A DNA stretch of 64,000 nucleotides from Chloroflexota bacterium. GTDB lineage: Bacteria > Chloroflexota > Limnocylindria > Limnocylindrales > CSP1-4. Shown here one piece after another: positions 27,705-36,518 of this stretch. The notes beneath the pieces are model-generated. The model had not been told where the DNA came from, made no database searches, and saw nothing but the letters and a program-made list of their open reading frames with translations. Positions within the stretch are counted from its first letter, which is position 1, and each line of letters starts with the position of its first letter. The position numbers were made by a program, and so were the translations under genes. The DNA is taken from NCBI GenBank assembly GCA_005889475.1, contig VBGT01000027.1, forward strand, positions 1,354-65,353, written 5' to 3'.

Positions 27705-29165
27705 GTGGACGCGCAGGAGATCGGATCGGCCCGGCATTCTCGTGCCGGCGTGTGGCCGCTCGCCCCGGGAATCCGGCTGACCGAGCTGCCCGAGATCGCC
27801 GGCCTCGCCCCGATGGACGTCGCCGAGCGCTTCCGCGACCTGCCCGGGCTCGTCCTCCTCGAGAGCGCGCGGCCCGGTCGCAACGCCCGCTGGACCTACC
27901 TCACCGCCGACCCTGTCGCGGTCACCGAGACGCCATCCGAAGGTCGGGACGTGTTCGCGGGCGCCCGCCGGCTGCTTCGCCGCCTCGCCTCGGACCCCGT
28001 CGACGACCCGGTCGCCCCATCGTTCGTTGGTGGACTGGTCGGCTTCGTCGGCTACGACGTCGGGCGGCGGCTGGAGCGCATGCCCTCGATCGCGGCCGCC
28101 GACCAGGAGCTGCCGCCGCTCCGGCTCGCGCTCCACGACTGGGTCATCGCCTGGGATCGCCGCGAGGGTCGAGCGTGGCTGGCCGGCCGGGCGGTCGACG
28201 AGCTGGTCGGACGGCTCGATCGACGCCTGGCCGAGGTCCGGGCCCGCCTCGACGGGCCGGCGCCGGCAGGCGATGCCGGAGCGCCGGCGCTGGATCCGAT
28301 GGGGGCCGGCATTGAGCTGCGCTCGGGCCTCGATCGGGCAGCGTACGAGGCGGGTGTCGAGTCGGTCCGCCAGTCGATCGCGATCGGCGAGATCTACCAG
28401 GCCAACCTGACGCGCAGGCTCGAAGCGCCATTCCGCGGCGATCCCTGGTCGCTGTACCGGCGCCTGCGAACCGGCGATCCGGCGCTGTTCGCCGCCTACC
28501 TCGACCTCGGGCCCAGCCCATTCACCGGGGCGCCGCGCGCCGTCGCGTCCGCCTCCCCGGAGCCGTTCCTGTCCGTCTCTCGGGATGGCGAGGTCGCGAC
28601 CAACCCGATCAAGGGCACCCGCCCCCGTGGCCGCGATCGCGAGTCCGACCGGCGCCTGGCCTGCGAGCTGCTGGCCTCGGCCAAGGACCGCGCCGAGAAC
28701 GTGATGATCGTCGACGTGCTGCGCAACGACCTCGGCCGGGTGTGCCGGCCCGGTACCGTGCGCGTTCCGCGCCTGTGCCGGCTCGAGCGGACCGCCGCCG
28801 TCCAGCACCTCGTCAGCACGGTCACCGGCCGGCTCGCGCCGGGCCGCGACGCGTTCGACCTCCTCGCCGCATCGTTTCCCGGCGGCTCGATCACGGGCGC
28901 GCCGAAAATCCGCGCGATGCAGCTCATCGAAGCGCTCGAGCCGGTCCGGCGCGGCCCGTACACGGGCATCGCGGGCTGGATCGGACCGGATGGGGCGATG
29001 AGCACGAGCATCCTGATCCGGACGTTCGTGGCCGATGGCGAGCGCCTGACGCTGCACGTCGGCGGCGGGATCACGTGGCGCAGCGACCCGGCCGCCGAGT
29101 GGGACGAAACCGTGGCCAAGGCGTGCGGCCCGCTGTCCGCGATCGGCGCCCGCGAGGTCGTGTGA
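27705..29165 (+). CDS. pabB: aminodeoxychorismate synthase component I (anthranilate/PABA synthase family)
   Basis: PIKGTRPRG and FPGGSITGAPK motifs. Start chosen at GTG 27705 (or 27702), 6 nt after TATGAT (27693..27698). The longer ORF-track extension overlaps the divergent gene. Confidence 0.8.
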   Translation: MDAQEIGSARHSRAGVWPLAPGIRLTELPEIAGLAPMDVAERFRDLPGLVLLESARPGRNARWTYLTADPVAVTETPSEGRDVFAGARRLLRRLASDPVDDPVAPSFVGGLVGFVGYDVGRRLERMPSIAAADQELPPLRLALHDWVIAWDRREGRAWLAGRAVDELVGRLDRRLAEVRARLDGPAPAGDAGAPALDPMGAGIELRSGLDRAAYEAGVESVRQSIAIGEIYQANLTRRLEAPFRGDPWSLYRRLRTGDPALFAAYLDLGPSPFTGAPRAVASASPEPFLSVSRDGEVATNPIKGTRPRGRDRESDRRLACELLASAKDRAENVMIVDVLRNDLGRVCRPGTVRVPRLCRLERTAAVQHLVSTVTGRLAPGRDAFDLLAASFPGGSITGAPKIRAMQLIEALEPVRRGPYTGIAGWIGPDGAMSTSILIRTFVADGERLTLHVGGGITWRSDPAAEWDETVAKACGPLSAIGAREVV

Positions 29166-30073
29166 GGGACCTCACGAGCCGGCACGTCTGGATCGACGGC
29201 GCGCTGCAGCCCGCCGACGCTCGCCATCTCTCCGCGTTCGATCGCGGCTTCCAGCTCGGCGACGGCGTGTTCGAGACCCTGCGTGCCCGCGGCGGACGAC
29301 CCACGGAGCTGGGCGAGCATCTCGAACGCCTGCGGCGCTCGGCCCATGGGCTCGACATCGAGCTTGACGCCGGCACGGAAGCGCGAATCGCGGATGGCAT
29401 CGCCGCGCTCCTCGCGGCGGACGGCCTGGCCGGCCCGGATGGCGATGCGTCGATCCGCATCACCGTCAGCCGGGGCGCGATCATGGCGCGCGGCCTGCTT
29501 CCCCAGGAGCGCGCCACCCCGACGATCGTGATCCAGGCATGGCCCGTCCCGGCCCCGCCCGCGAACCACCTCGAGCGTGGGCTCCATCTCGCCGTGAGCT
29601 CCGTCCGGCGCGACCCGGAGAACCCGCTCTCCGCCCTCAAAACGACGAGCCGCGCCGACTACGTCTTCGCCCGCCTCGAGGCGCGCCGCGCCGGCGCCGA
29701 CGACGCCCTCTTCCTGACGATCGACGGCCACCTCTCCGAGGCGACGAGCGCCAACGTATTCCTCGTCCGCGCCGCCGGCGCCGGCGGCGCCACGCCGGAG
29801 CTTGCCACGCCGGCGCTCGGGTGCGCGATCCTGCCCGGGACGACGCGGACGTGGCTGCTCGGCTGGGCGGCGACGGTCGGCCTGACCCCGGTCGAGGGCT
29901 GGCTCACCGCCGCGGATCTCGCCGGCGCCGACGAGGCGTTCCTGTGCTCGAGCGTCGCCGGCATCCTGCCCGTGACGCGCTTCGACGGCCGGCCGATCGG
30001 GGCCGGCGTGCCCGGTCCGTGGACGCTCCGCGCCCGTGACGCCCGCGAGGCGTTCATCCGCGAGCCCGCGTGA
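29162..30073 (+). CDS. pabC: aminodeoxychorismate lyase / class IV aminotransferase-fold protein
   Basis: FDRGFQLGDGVFETLR N-terminal motif. GTG 29162 overlaps the pabB stop (GTGTGA). Confidence 0.75.
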   Translation: MRDLTSRHVWIDGALQPADARHLSAFDRGFQLGDGVFETLRARGGRPTELGEHLERLRRSAHGLDIELDAGTEARIADGIAALLAADGLAGPDGDASIRITVSRGAIMARGLLPQERATPTIVIQAWPVPAPPANHLERGLHLAVSSVRRDPENPLSALKTTSRADYVFARLEARRAGADDALFLTIDGHLSEATSANVFLVRAAGAGGATPELATPALGCAILPGTTRTWLLGWAATVGLTPVEGWLTAADLAGADEAFLCSSVAGILPVTRFDGRPIGAGVPGPWTLRARDAREAFIREPA

Positions 30074-30399
30074 CCCGCGAGGAGCTCGTCCGCAACACGC
30101 GCCAGCTGATCGACGAGGGCGACCGGCTCGTCGCCAACCCCAGCCACGCCGCCCTGCGGGTCTGGCTCCAGCTCACCGACGAGCTCCTCGCCGCCGCGTG
30201 GGGCTCGATGGACCGCTACCACCTCGCCTGGCTCCAGGTCGGGCGCCCGAGCGAGGCCGTGCGCGGGCGGTCGATGACCCCCGACGAGGAAGCCGGCTAC
30301 GTACGCGAGGTGGCGCGGGCGAAGACTGCGGTGCTGCGGATGAGCGTCGATGCGCTCACCCGCCACGGCATGCCGTTCGTTGGCGAGACTCGCGACTGA
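30070..30399 (+). CDS. hypothetical protein (109 aa)
   Basis: GTG overlaps the pabC stop (GTGA). Helical, with no family recognised. Confidence 0.45.
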   Translation: MTREELVRNTRQLIDEGDRLVANPSHAALRVWLQLTDELLAAAWGSMDRYHLAWLQVGRPSEAVRGRSMTPDEEAGYVREVARAKTAVLRMSVDALTRHGMPFVGETRD

Positions 30400-30441
30400 C
30401 CGATTGAGGCGCCGGGGCTCGAGCGAGCCACGACGCGCGGC

Positions 30442-30888
30442 TCAGCTGGCTTTCTTGATCGAGGTGTTGAGCTTCGTTCCGTCGACCTTTACGGCGTAGC
30501 ACGTGACCTTGCGGTCGCCCTTCCCCCAGCCCTCGGAGGTCGGGGTGAAGGCCGAGAAGTCGAAGTCCTGCGTCGTGTTGATGTCGAGCCCGGAGTACGA
30601 CGTGAAGGCGCCGGTGCACCGATCGCTGATGAAATTGAAGAACTCGGGATCGCTCGGGTAGGTCCCGGCCGACGGCTCGTAGTTGCCGACGAAGAACACC
30701 TCGCCGTCGTGCAGATCGGTGCACGGGTGGTGCTGGACCTCGTCGACGGTCTCGGTCTGCGTCGCCGGCTCGTCGAAGCAGTCGCCGACGGCCAGGCTGC
30801 CCGCGCCCCCGGAGATGAACGGGCGGAGCACCCACACCCCGCCGGCGATTGCGGCGATGATGCCGACCCTGATCGCCAGTCCTCGCAT
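30442..30888 (-). CDS. septum formation family protein (membrane-anchored)
   Basis: Conserved Cys pattern GDCF..HPCTDLHDGEV..DRCTGAF..GDRKVTCY. ATG 30888 behind GGGGGAGGGA. Confidence 0.7.
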   Translation of the reverse strand: MRGLAIRVGIIAAIAGGVWVLRPFISGGAGSLAVGDCFDEPATQTETVDEVQHHPCTDLHDGEVFFVGNYEPSAGTYPSDPEFFNFISDRCTGAFTSYSGLDINTTQDFDFSAFTPTSEGWGKGDRKVTCYAVKVDGTKLNTSIKKAS

Positions 30889-30908
30889 GAACGTCCCTCC
30901 CCCTTGGG

Positions 30909-31412
30909 TCAGAGCCTGCGGACCAGGATCGCCCGATCCTCCCGGTCGAAATCGTACCCTGCCCTGGCGGGCGTTCCGTACAGGTTCTGACTCCCGGTGC
31001 CAGCCTGCACCTCGAAGCCGAGGGCCAAATGGAACGCGATCGAGGTTCGGTTTGCGGGCCACGTGATCGCGCTGACCACGGTGCGCCCGCCCGCCCGCGC
31101 GTCGTCGAAGAATCGCTCATAGAGCGCCCGACCAAGGCCGTGCCGGCGCAGGTTCGGGTTGGCCGCGACGAGGTGGCAGTACGCGACGTCGGGCTTGTCC
31201 GGGGAGAGGAAGCCGATCAGGAAGCCCGCGAGGCGGCCATCGGCCGCCTCGGCCAGCCACGAGGTGCCGGTGAAGTGCTGCAGCCAGAGCCTCGGCAGCA
31301 GGTGATCGAGCTGGCGCCCGCCCCACCAGTCGTCGACGACCCGGCTGATTGCCTCGTAGTCCGCCTCGGTCGGGCGGCGGAACGTGACGCTCTCGAGACC
31401 CTCGCCGGACAT
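30909..31412 (-). CDS. GNAT family N-acetyltransferase
   Basis: RRHGLGRALY acetyl-CoA motif. ATG 31412 overlaps the upstream stop by 1 nt. Confidence 0.8.
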   Translation of the reverse strand: MSGEGLESVTFRRPTEADYEAISRVVDDWWGGRQLDHLLPRLWLQHFTGTSWLAEAADGRLAGFLIGFLSPDKPDVAYCHLVAANPNLRRHGLGRALYERFFDDARAGGRTVVSAITWPANRTSIAFHLALGFEVQAGTGSQNLYGTPARAGYDFDREDRAILVRRL

Positions 31413-31960
31413 CAGCCTTCGATGGGACCCGCGGTCGCGCCCCACGCCGCGGCGAGCGTCGCGATGACCGCCTCGCCGAGGATGAACGGGCCGAAGGTCT
31501 CGAGCTGGTAGTCGATGAAGCCGAGCGTCCCGCCCTCGCCGAGCGCGTGCAGCCACGTCGCGATGGCGCCGGCAGCGATCGCCCCGATCGACAGGGCGAT
31601 CGCGAGCCACATGACCTGGCCTCGAGCCAGGGCCGGCGCCGCGACGTGGCCGGGCACGGCTGCGCGAGCCAGGAGGAGTCCCACGGCGGCGCCGGTCAGG
31701 CCCGCGACGAACAGGAGCCCTGCCGTGGAGGCGAGCAGCGCCCCGACCGCGTACAGGCCCGCGGCGCCGAGGAGCGCGGCGACCGCCGCTTTGAAGACGG
31801 GAAACGACAGCGGGCCCCGCCTCGATGAGGCCGCCGTGGATCGGCTCTCGCTCGATGCGGGCGGCGCATCTGCGTATCGATCGGAGGGTGGCCGTTCCAG
31901 CCGCCCTTTCGGGCCATCCGCAGCTGGGTTGCCGCGCTCGCCCGGCTCCGTGCCTGCCAT
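31412..31960 (-). CDS. hypothetical integral membrane protein
   Basis: Disordered N-terminus followed by 4 hydrophobic helices. Confidence 0.5.
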   Translation of the reverse strand: MAGTEPGERGNPAADGPKGRLERPPSDRYADAPPASSESRSTAASSRRGPLSFPVFKAAVAALLGAAGLYAVGALLASTAGLLFVAGLTGAAVGLLLARAAVPGHVAAPALARGQVMWLAIALSIGAIAAGAIATWLHALGEGGTLGFIDYQLETFGPFILGEAVIATLAAAWGATAGPIEG

Positions 31961-32006
31961 CGGGTCATCGTACCGGCGCCGGGGAACGCGCGGTAGACTC
32001 GCCGCC

Positions 32007-32489
32007 GTGAGCCATCCGAGCCTGGGACTGCCGCCGCGGAACCTGCGCGCCGGCGATCACGCTGCCGCGACGGCCCTCCGGAGCGCCGGCGCCCGCTTCC
32101 GTGCCCGTGCGTTCCGGGCGGCGCTGGATCTCGACCCGACGCTGATGGACCGCTACGACGATCTGGCTCGTCAATCCCTGCTGTCCGACCTCGAGGCGTT
32201 CGTCGACCGGCTCGTGACCGCCGTCTCGAGCGGCGACCCTCGTGCCATGGCGACCTTCGCCGACCTGGTCGCGGTTCGCTACCGCAAGCGCAAGGTCCCG
32301 ATGGACGACCTCGTCACGCTGTGCGAGGGCCTGCGGCGTGCCGCGGCCGCGGTCGTCGAGCCTGATTCGGTTCCAGCGATCGACGCCGCCCTCGACGAGG
32401 CGATCGCCGTGTTCAAGTGGCATCGGCGGCTCGCGGGCGACGCCCGGAAGCGCAACACGTTTCTCGCCTTCATCTACAAGGGCGCGTGA
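32007..32489 (+). CDS. hypothetical all-helical protein (160 aa)
   Basis: GTG 32007 lies 7 nt after TAGACT (31994..31999), which suggests a leaderless mRNA. In frame with ORF 31515..32489. Confidence 0.5.
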   Translation: MSHPSLGLPPRNLRAGDHAAATALRSAGARFRARAFRAALDLDPTLMDRYDDLARQSLLSDLEAFVDRLVTAVSSGDPRAMATFADLVAVRYRKRKVPMDDLVTLCEGLRRAAAAVVEPDSVPAIDAALDEAIAVFKWHRRLAGDARKRNTFLAFIYKGA

Positions 32490-32490
32490 C

Positions 32491-32814
32491 GTGACGATCA
32501 AGTGGGTCGTGACCGACCCGCTGGTCATGAACGGCGAGCCGTTCTGCTACGGGACACGGCTCACGGTGCGGAACATCCTGGAGCTGCGCAGCAGCGGCTA
32601 CACGCTGGCGCGAATGCTGAAGGACCATCCCGAGCTCCGGCGGATGGGCGTCGCCGCAGCGTACGCATACGCCGCCGGCCACAGGGACCGCTATGCGGAG
32701 TTCTTCGAGCGCGACGGTTCGCTGGCCGGGCCGGGCTACAGCGCGGCGGAGGCCGATGGGCTCCCGGAGCGGTACCGCATCCCGGGCGTGGTGATCAAGC
32801 CAGCCTCGGGCTGA
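32491..32814 (+). CDS. DUF433 domain protein
   Basis: TDPLVMNGEPFCYGTRLTVRNILELRSSGYTLARMLKDHPEL matches the DUF433 pattern. GTG lies 1 nt after the previous stop. Confidence 0.65.
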   Translation: MTIKWVVTDPLVMNGEPFCYGTRLTVRNILELRSSGYTLARMLKDHPELRRMGVAAAYAYAAGHRDRYAEFFERDGSLAGPGYSAAEADGLPERYRIPGVVIKPASG

Positions 32815-32942
32815 CGCGCCGGCGCTCTTGCCTGCGCTCGCGACGGCGAACCCGCGGAATCTCCATGGGGCCTTCATATTTCCTCCACGACCCGGTCGGA
32901 GGATGGCGCCATCGACTTCTCACACAAAGGAGATGGCACCAG

Positions 32943-33419
32943 ATGAACGGACGAGCAATCGTCAGCTTCCTCGTCGGCCTCATCGTCGTCGGCATCTTCG
33001 TCGGCGTCGGGGTCGGCATCTATCAGGCGGGCGTGACCCAGGGCATCGTCGATGCCGGGCGCGTGCCGGCCGCGGGCGTCGTCCCGGTCGCGGGCTACTA
33101 CGGCTGGGGCTTCCACGGCTTTGGCTTCCTCGGCTTGCTGTTCCCGCTGCTGTTCCTGTTCCTCATCTTCGGGCTCGTCCGGGCGGCGTTCGGACGGGGT
33201 CGCGGTTGGGGCGGCGGCTGGAGCGGCCGCTATGGCTACGGCCCCGGCTGGGGCAAGGGCTACGGCCCCGGCTCCGGCGGGCCCGATGCCTGGCGCGAGG
33301 AGCGCGACCGGCAGATCTCCGACCTGCACCGGCGACTCCACGACGAGGAGGCCAGGGGTCCCTCGGGATCCTCAGGGTCCTCCGGCGAGGGTTCCGGAAC
33401 CTCCGGCTCTGCTCGCTGA
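32943..33419 (+). CDS. Gly/Trp/Tyr-rich small membrane protein
   Basis: ATG 32943 behind AAAGGAGA. Two TM helices, then GRGRGWGGGWSGRYGYGPGWGKGYGPGSGG. Confidence 0.55.
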   Translation: MNGRAIVSFLVGLIVVGIFVGVGVGIYQAGVTQGIVDAGRVPAAGVVPVAGYYGWGFHGFGFLGLLFPLLFLFLIFGLVRAAFGRGRGWGGGWSGRYGYGPGWGKGYGPGSGGPDAWREERDRQISDLHRRLHDEEARGPSGSSGSSGEGSGTSGSAR

Positions 33420-33545
33420 CGCAACGGGACCTTTCTCGGACGAGCCCGGAGCTCGTCCACCCGGCGGCCGTCGACTCGACGGCCGCCATGGCGTTTCTGG
33501 CCGCCGCCAACCTCGGCCGATTTCGAGCCTCTAGAGTGACCGCCG

Positions 33546-34235
33546 ATGCAGACCATCCTCGTCGTCGATGACGAGCCCAAGATCGTCCAGCTCGCCCGCG
33601 ACTACCTCGAGCACGCCGGGTTCGGCGTGCTCACCGCCGGCGACGGCGCCTCGGCGCTCCAGGCCGCGCGCGTTCGACAGCTCGACCTGGTCGTCCTCGA
33701 CCTCGGGCTGCCCGGCGTCGACGGCCTCGAGGTCATGCGCACGATCCGCGCAGCGGGCTCGACCCCGATCGTCGTCCTGACCGCCCGGGACACGGAACTC
33801 GACAAGCTGCTCGGCCTCGAGCTCGGCGCCGACGACTACGTGACCAAGCCGTTCAGCCCGCGCGAGCTCGTGGCGCGCGTGCGCGCCGTCCTGCGCCGAA
33901 GTGAGCGCTCCGCCGAGCCGCGCGAGCGCATCGAGGTCGGCGATCTCGTCCTCGACGTGCCCCGCCTGCGGACGTCCGTCGCCGGCCGGCCGGTCGACCT
34001 CACCGCGACCGAGTTCGCGCTCCTGGCGACGATGGCCCGCGAGCCCGGTCGTGTCTTCACCCGTTCGCAGCTGCTCGATGCGGTGCACGGCGTCGCCTTC
34101 GAGGCCTACGAGCGGGCGATCGATGCCCACGTCAAGAACATCCGCCGCAAGCTCGAGCCCGAGCCGGCGCGGCCGCGCTATCTCCTCACCGTCTACGGCG
34201 TGGGCTACCGCGTCGCCGAGGCTGAGAGCAGCTGA
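33546..34235 (+). CDS. OmpR-family response regulator
   Basis: Receiver domain (DLVVLDLGLPGVDG, KPF) plus a winged-helix output (LTATEFALL...YGVGYRV). Confidence 0.9.
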   Translation: MQTILVVDDEPKIVQLARDYLEHAGFGVLTAGDGASALQAARVRQLDLVVLDLGLPGVDGLEVMRTIRAAGSTPIVVLTARDTELDKLLGLELGADDYVTKPFSPRELVARVRAVLRRSERSAEPRERIEVGDLVLDVPRLRTSVAGRPVDLTATEFALLATMAREPGRVFTRSQLLDAVHGVAFEAYERAIDAHVKNIRRKLEPEPARPRYLLTVYGVGYRVAEAESS

Positions 34236-35386
34236 TGCCGCCACGGCGGCGGCCACCGTGGTGGCCGGAGGACGAGCCCTGGCCGCCACCGATGTCGGCG
34301 CGAGGTGGCTGGGGCGGCGCTTGGGGCGGCCCGCCGTGGTGGGGACCCGGTCGTCGCGGCGGAGTGCGCCGCGGCTTCGGCTGCCTCATCGCATCGATGG
34401 CGACGCTGGTCGTGTCGGTAGGTGTCCTCGTGCTGTGGCTGCTCGCCGGCCTGTTCGGGCTGTCCGCAGAGGGTCCGCTCGCCTATCTCGCGCGACCCGC
34501 AGCACTGGTCGTCCTCGTGGTCGGGTTCGTGGCGCTGGTCGTCGGGATCCGAATCGCGCGCGGGGTCGGGCGGCCGTTGTCGGCCCTCGTGGATGCCGCC
34601 GGGCGCGTCGAGGCGGGGGACTATTCGGCACGGGTACCCGAGCCGCAACGGGGCCGCGGCGAGCTGCGTGGCCTGAGTCGCGCTTTCAACGAGATGGCCG
34701 CCCGCCTCGAGGCGGAGAACGCGACCCGGCGTCGACTCCTGGCCGACGTGAGCCATGAGCTGCGGACCCCGCTCGCCGTGATCCAGGGCAATCTCGAGGC
34801 GCTCCTCGATGGCGTGTACCCGCCCGACGAGGCGCACCTCCGCCCGATCATCGACGAGACACGGGTGCTCGAGCGCCTGCTCGACGACCTCAGAACCCTC
34901 AGCCTCGCCGACTCCGGCGCGCTGCCACTCCATCGCGAGCCGACGAACCCCGCGGTGTTGCTCGAGGACGTCGCGGCGGCGCATCGAGCGAGCGCTGCCT
35001 CGATCGGGATCGAGCTTCGGGTGGAGGCTGCCGGCGGCCTCCCGGCGGTCGAGCTCGACCCGATGCGGATGCGCGAGGTCATCTCGAACCTCGTCGAGAA
35101 CGCGATCCGAGCGATGCCGAACGGCGGCTCGATCACGCTGTCCGCGCGCGCCGACCCGTCCGGCCAGGTGATCGACGTGATCGACGACGGGCCGGGCATC
35201 CCGCCGGAGCTGCGCTCGTCCCTGTTCGACCGGTTCACCAAGTCGACCGATTCGCGCGGCTCGGGCCTCGGCCTGGCGATCGCGCGCGCGATCGTGACTG
35301 CCCATGGCGGCACCATCGAAGCGTCACCCGGCCCCGATGGGCGCGGCACGACGATGCGTCTCACGCTCCCGACGCGCGAAGCCTAA
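34235..35386 (+). CDS. HAMP-domain sensor histidine kinase with Trp/Pro/Gly-rich N-terminus
   Basis: H-box SHELRTPL, N-box NLVENAIRA, G-boxes DDGPGIP and GSGLGLAIA. Start overlaps the RR stop. Confidence 0.9.
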   Translation: MPPRRRPPWWPEDEPWPPPMSARGGWGGAWGGPPWWGPGRRGGVRRGFGCLIASMATLVVSVGVLVLWLLAGLFGLSAEGPLAYLARPAALVVLVVGFVALVVGIRIARGVGRPLSALVDAAGRVEAGDYSARVPEPQRGRGELRGLSRAFNEMAARLEAENATRRRLLADVSHELRTPLAVIQGNLEALLDGVYPPDEAHLRPIIDETRVLERLLDDLRTLSLADSGALPLHREPTNPAVLLEDVAAAHRASAASIGIELRVEAAGGLPAVELDPMRMREVISNLVENAIRAMPNGGSITLSARADPSGQVIDVIDDGPGIPPELRSSLFDRFTKSTDSRGSGLGLAIARAIVTAHGGTIEASPGPDGRGTTMRLTLPTREA

Positions 35387-35434
35387 TCCCCAGCCGGCCA
35401 GTCGGGTTTCCGGCTCGCCTGTTGTACCCTGAAC

Positions 35435-35818
35435 GTGATGACCGACACCGCCGACCCCACCGCGGAGGCGGCTGCGCCCGCCACGAACGGGGCGCCCGAG
35501 GGCACCGCTGCGCCCCCCGACGCGCCGCTCTTCGACGCCGAGCGCCGCGCGACCGAGCTCGCGATCCTCGATGCGCTGCGCGCCGTGGTTGATCCCGAGA
35601 TCGGGATGAACGTGGTCGAGCTGGCGCTCATCAAGCAGATCCTGCTCGGCCAGAACGAGACCGAGATCAAGATGATCCTGACCACGCCCTTCTGCCCCTA
35701 CGCCGGCTCGATGATCCAGCAGGTGCAGGAGCAGGTGGAGTCGGTCGTCGAGCACCCGGTCAAGGTGACCCTCCTCGCCGAGCGCTGGGACCCGCGCGAC
35801 GCGGGTCTCATGTGGTGA
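35435..35818 (+). CDS. DUF59 (SufT/PaaD-like) metal-sulfur cluster assembly factor
   Basis: LRAVVDPEIGMNVVELALI...TTPFCPYAG motif. The alternative ATG 35438 lies 7 nt after TACCCT. Confidence 0.8.
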   Translation: MMTDTADPTAEAAAPATNGAPEGTAAPPDAPLFDAERRATELAILDALRAVVDPEIGMNVVELALIKQILLGQNETEIKMILTTPFCPYAGSMIQQVQEQVESVVEHPVKVTLLAERWDPRDAGLMW

Positions 35819-35858
35819 GTCGCGCGACCTCCATCGACTCGGCACCGGCGACACCAAC

Positions 35859-36518
35859 GTGACCACCTTGACCAACCGGCGCAGTCCGATCGATTCCGCC
35901 GTCGCCACGACGCGCGGTGACGACGGCACGACCGGGCTCCTGTTCGGCGGCGAGCGCATCGGCAAGGACGACCCGCGCGCCGAGGCCTACGGCACGATCG
36001 ACGAGGCCGTCGCGGCGCTGGGCATGGCCCGCGCCAACCTCGGTGCCAAGCGACGGATCGGAACGCTCCCGGCCGGGCTCGGAGGCCTCGCCCAGCTGAT
36101 CCTGCGTATCCAGCGCGAACTCTTCGTGGTCGGGGCCGAGCTGGCGACGAACCCGGATGCGTGGGACCGGCTCGAAGACGGCCGGACGCGCGTCTCCGAG
36201 GCGATGGTCGCCGACGTGGAGCGCGACCTCGTGGAGCTCGAACGGCACCTCGACATGCCGCGGGAGTTCGTCGTGCCCGGCGAGACGCCAACGAGCGCGG
36301 CCCTGGAGCTCGCGCGTACGATCCTGCGCCGGGCGGAGCGGCGCGCCGTCGCGCTCCAGCGCGAGGGCCTCATCCCCGGCCCCAACCTCATCCCCTACCT
36401 GAACCGCCTCGCCGACCTCGTGTGGGTCTTGGCGCGCGCGGCCGAACGTGCAGAATCGAGAGCGGCGACGCCGGCCAGGAAGCCGGGCGCCGCCAACCGA
36501 AGGGAGACCCGAACGTGA
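35859..36518 (+). CDS. PduO-type ATP:cob(I)alamin adenosyltransferase
   Basis: TRGDDGTTGL, YGTIDEAVAALG, RELFVVGAELA, LNRLADLVWVLAR. Confidence 0.85.
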   Translation: MTTLTNRRSPIDSAVATTRGDDGTTGLLFGGERIGKDDPRAEAYGTIDEAVAALGMARANLGAKRRIGTLPAGLGGLAQLILRIQRELFVVGAELATNPDAWDRLEDGRTRVSEAMVADVERDLVELERHLDMPREFVVPGETPTSAALELARTILRRAERRAVALQREGLIPGPNLIPYLNRLADLVWVLARAAERAESRAATPARKPGAANRRETRT

